Origin: Squalus acanthias
Lineage: Eukaryota
Direction of reading: 5' to 3'
DNA length: 64,000 nucleotides
Assembly (NCBI GenBank): GCA_030390025.1
Contig: JASTWF010000048.1
Coordinates: 1,674,001 to 1,738,000, forward strand
Of the stretch, positions 63,553-64,000 are shown piece after piece. The notes beneath the pieces were generated by a model. It ran no database searches and had not been told where the DNA came from. It saw nothing but the letters and a program-made list of their open reading frames with translations. The first letter of the stretch is position 1. Every line of letters begins with the position of its first letter. The position numbers were made by a program, and so were the translations under genes.

Positions 63553-63572
63553 TAGAGCGCCCTCTGCTGTCC
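63553..63572 (-). promoter_or_regulatory. CTCF motif, F1 type
   Basis: GGACAGCAGAGGGCGCTCTA; duplicate of 25517. Confidence 0.7.
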
Positions 63573-64000
63573 TTGTGGAGAAACACAGCGTCAGTCGACA
63601 AAAAACCACCNNNNNNNNNNNNNNNNNNNNNNNNNNNNNNNNNNNNNNNNNNNNNNNNNNNNNNNNNNNNNNNNNNNNNNNNNNNNNNNNNNNNNNNNNN
63701 NNNNNNNNNNNNNNNNNNNNNNNNNNNNNNNNNNNNNNNNNNNNNNNNNNNNNNNNNNNNNNNNNNNNNNNNNNNNNNNNNNNNNNNNNNNNNNNNNNNN
63801 NNNNNNNNNNNNNNNNNNNNNNTCGTTCTATCTTTCTGTCTTTGTGCCTTTCTTTCTCTATCCTTTTCTTTTTATTTCTCTATCACTATATCATTCTTTC
63901 CTTCATTACTTATATATTTAATTCCCTCTTTCTACCTTTTTTACATTCCTTCTTTCCTTTCTTTCTTTTTGCTTTGATTATTTGAGTTTGTTTTGCTCAG

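Larger units (their letters stand above)
46150..64000 (+). repeat. Segmental duplication of ~5540-25907 (F1-F2-psiF1-F2-F3-F1 block)
   Basis: Collinear V pairs at offset ~38.0 kb (10671/48745, 15963/54010, 18193/56237, 20773/58805, 23752/61786); window end matches 25881-25907. Confidence 0.9.

Noticed and set aside
3667-63985. Many ORFs through N-runs, CT/GA-rich tracts or antisense to CR1 and V exons
   Set aside because: Artefacts of masking, low complexity or shadow frames; no protein features.

Overview
Vertebrate DNA, very likely from a shark or other cartilaginous fish, inferred from its CR1, DeuSINE-like and Harbinger-like repeats. The window is part of a T-cell receptor V-gene array, most likely TCR-beta. 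I find 21 V segments or remnants. Twenty lie on the minus strand in three families: F1 ends in YYCAWS and closely resembles mammalian TRBV30, F2 ends in YYCACS, and F3 ends in YFCACSD. One diverged CAS-type pseudogene lies on the plus strand. Thirteen look intact (leader exon, GT-AG intron, V exon, 23-bp-spacer RSS). The array was built by segmental duplication (largest pair about 5.5-25.9 kb vs 46.1-64 kb) and is full of CR1 LINE fragments, SINEs, a MITE and microsatellites; many low-complexity stretches are N-masked. No D, J or C segments were seen. The main unexplained signals are: (1) a same-orientation CTCF motif downstream of nearly every V RSS, as in mammalian loop-extrusion/RAG-scanning loci; (2) an AP-1 site overlapping the heptamer/spacer junction of every F1 23-RSS; (3) the inverted V, cut close to its coding end and fused to a neighbour's flank; (4) one V sandwiched between two near-identical inverted CR1 copies. 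All calls were made by eye, without database searches.
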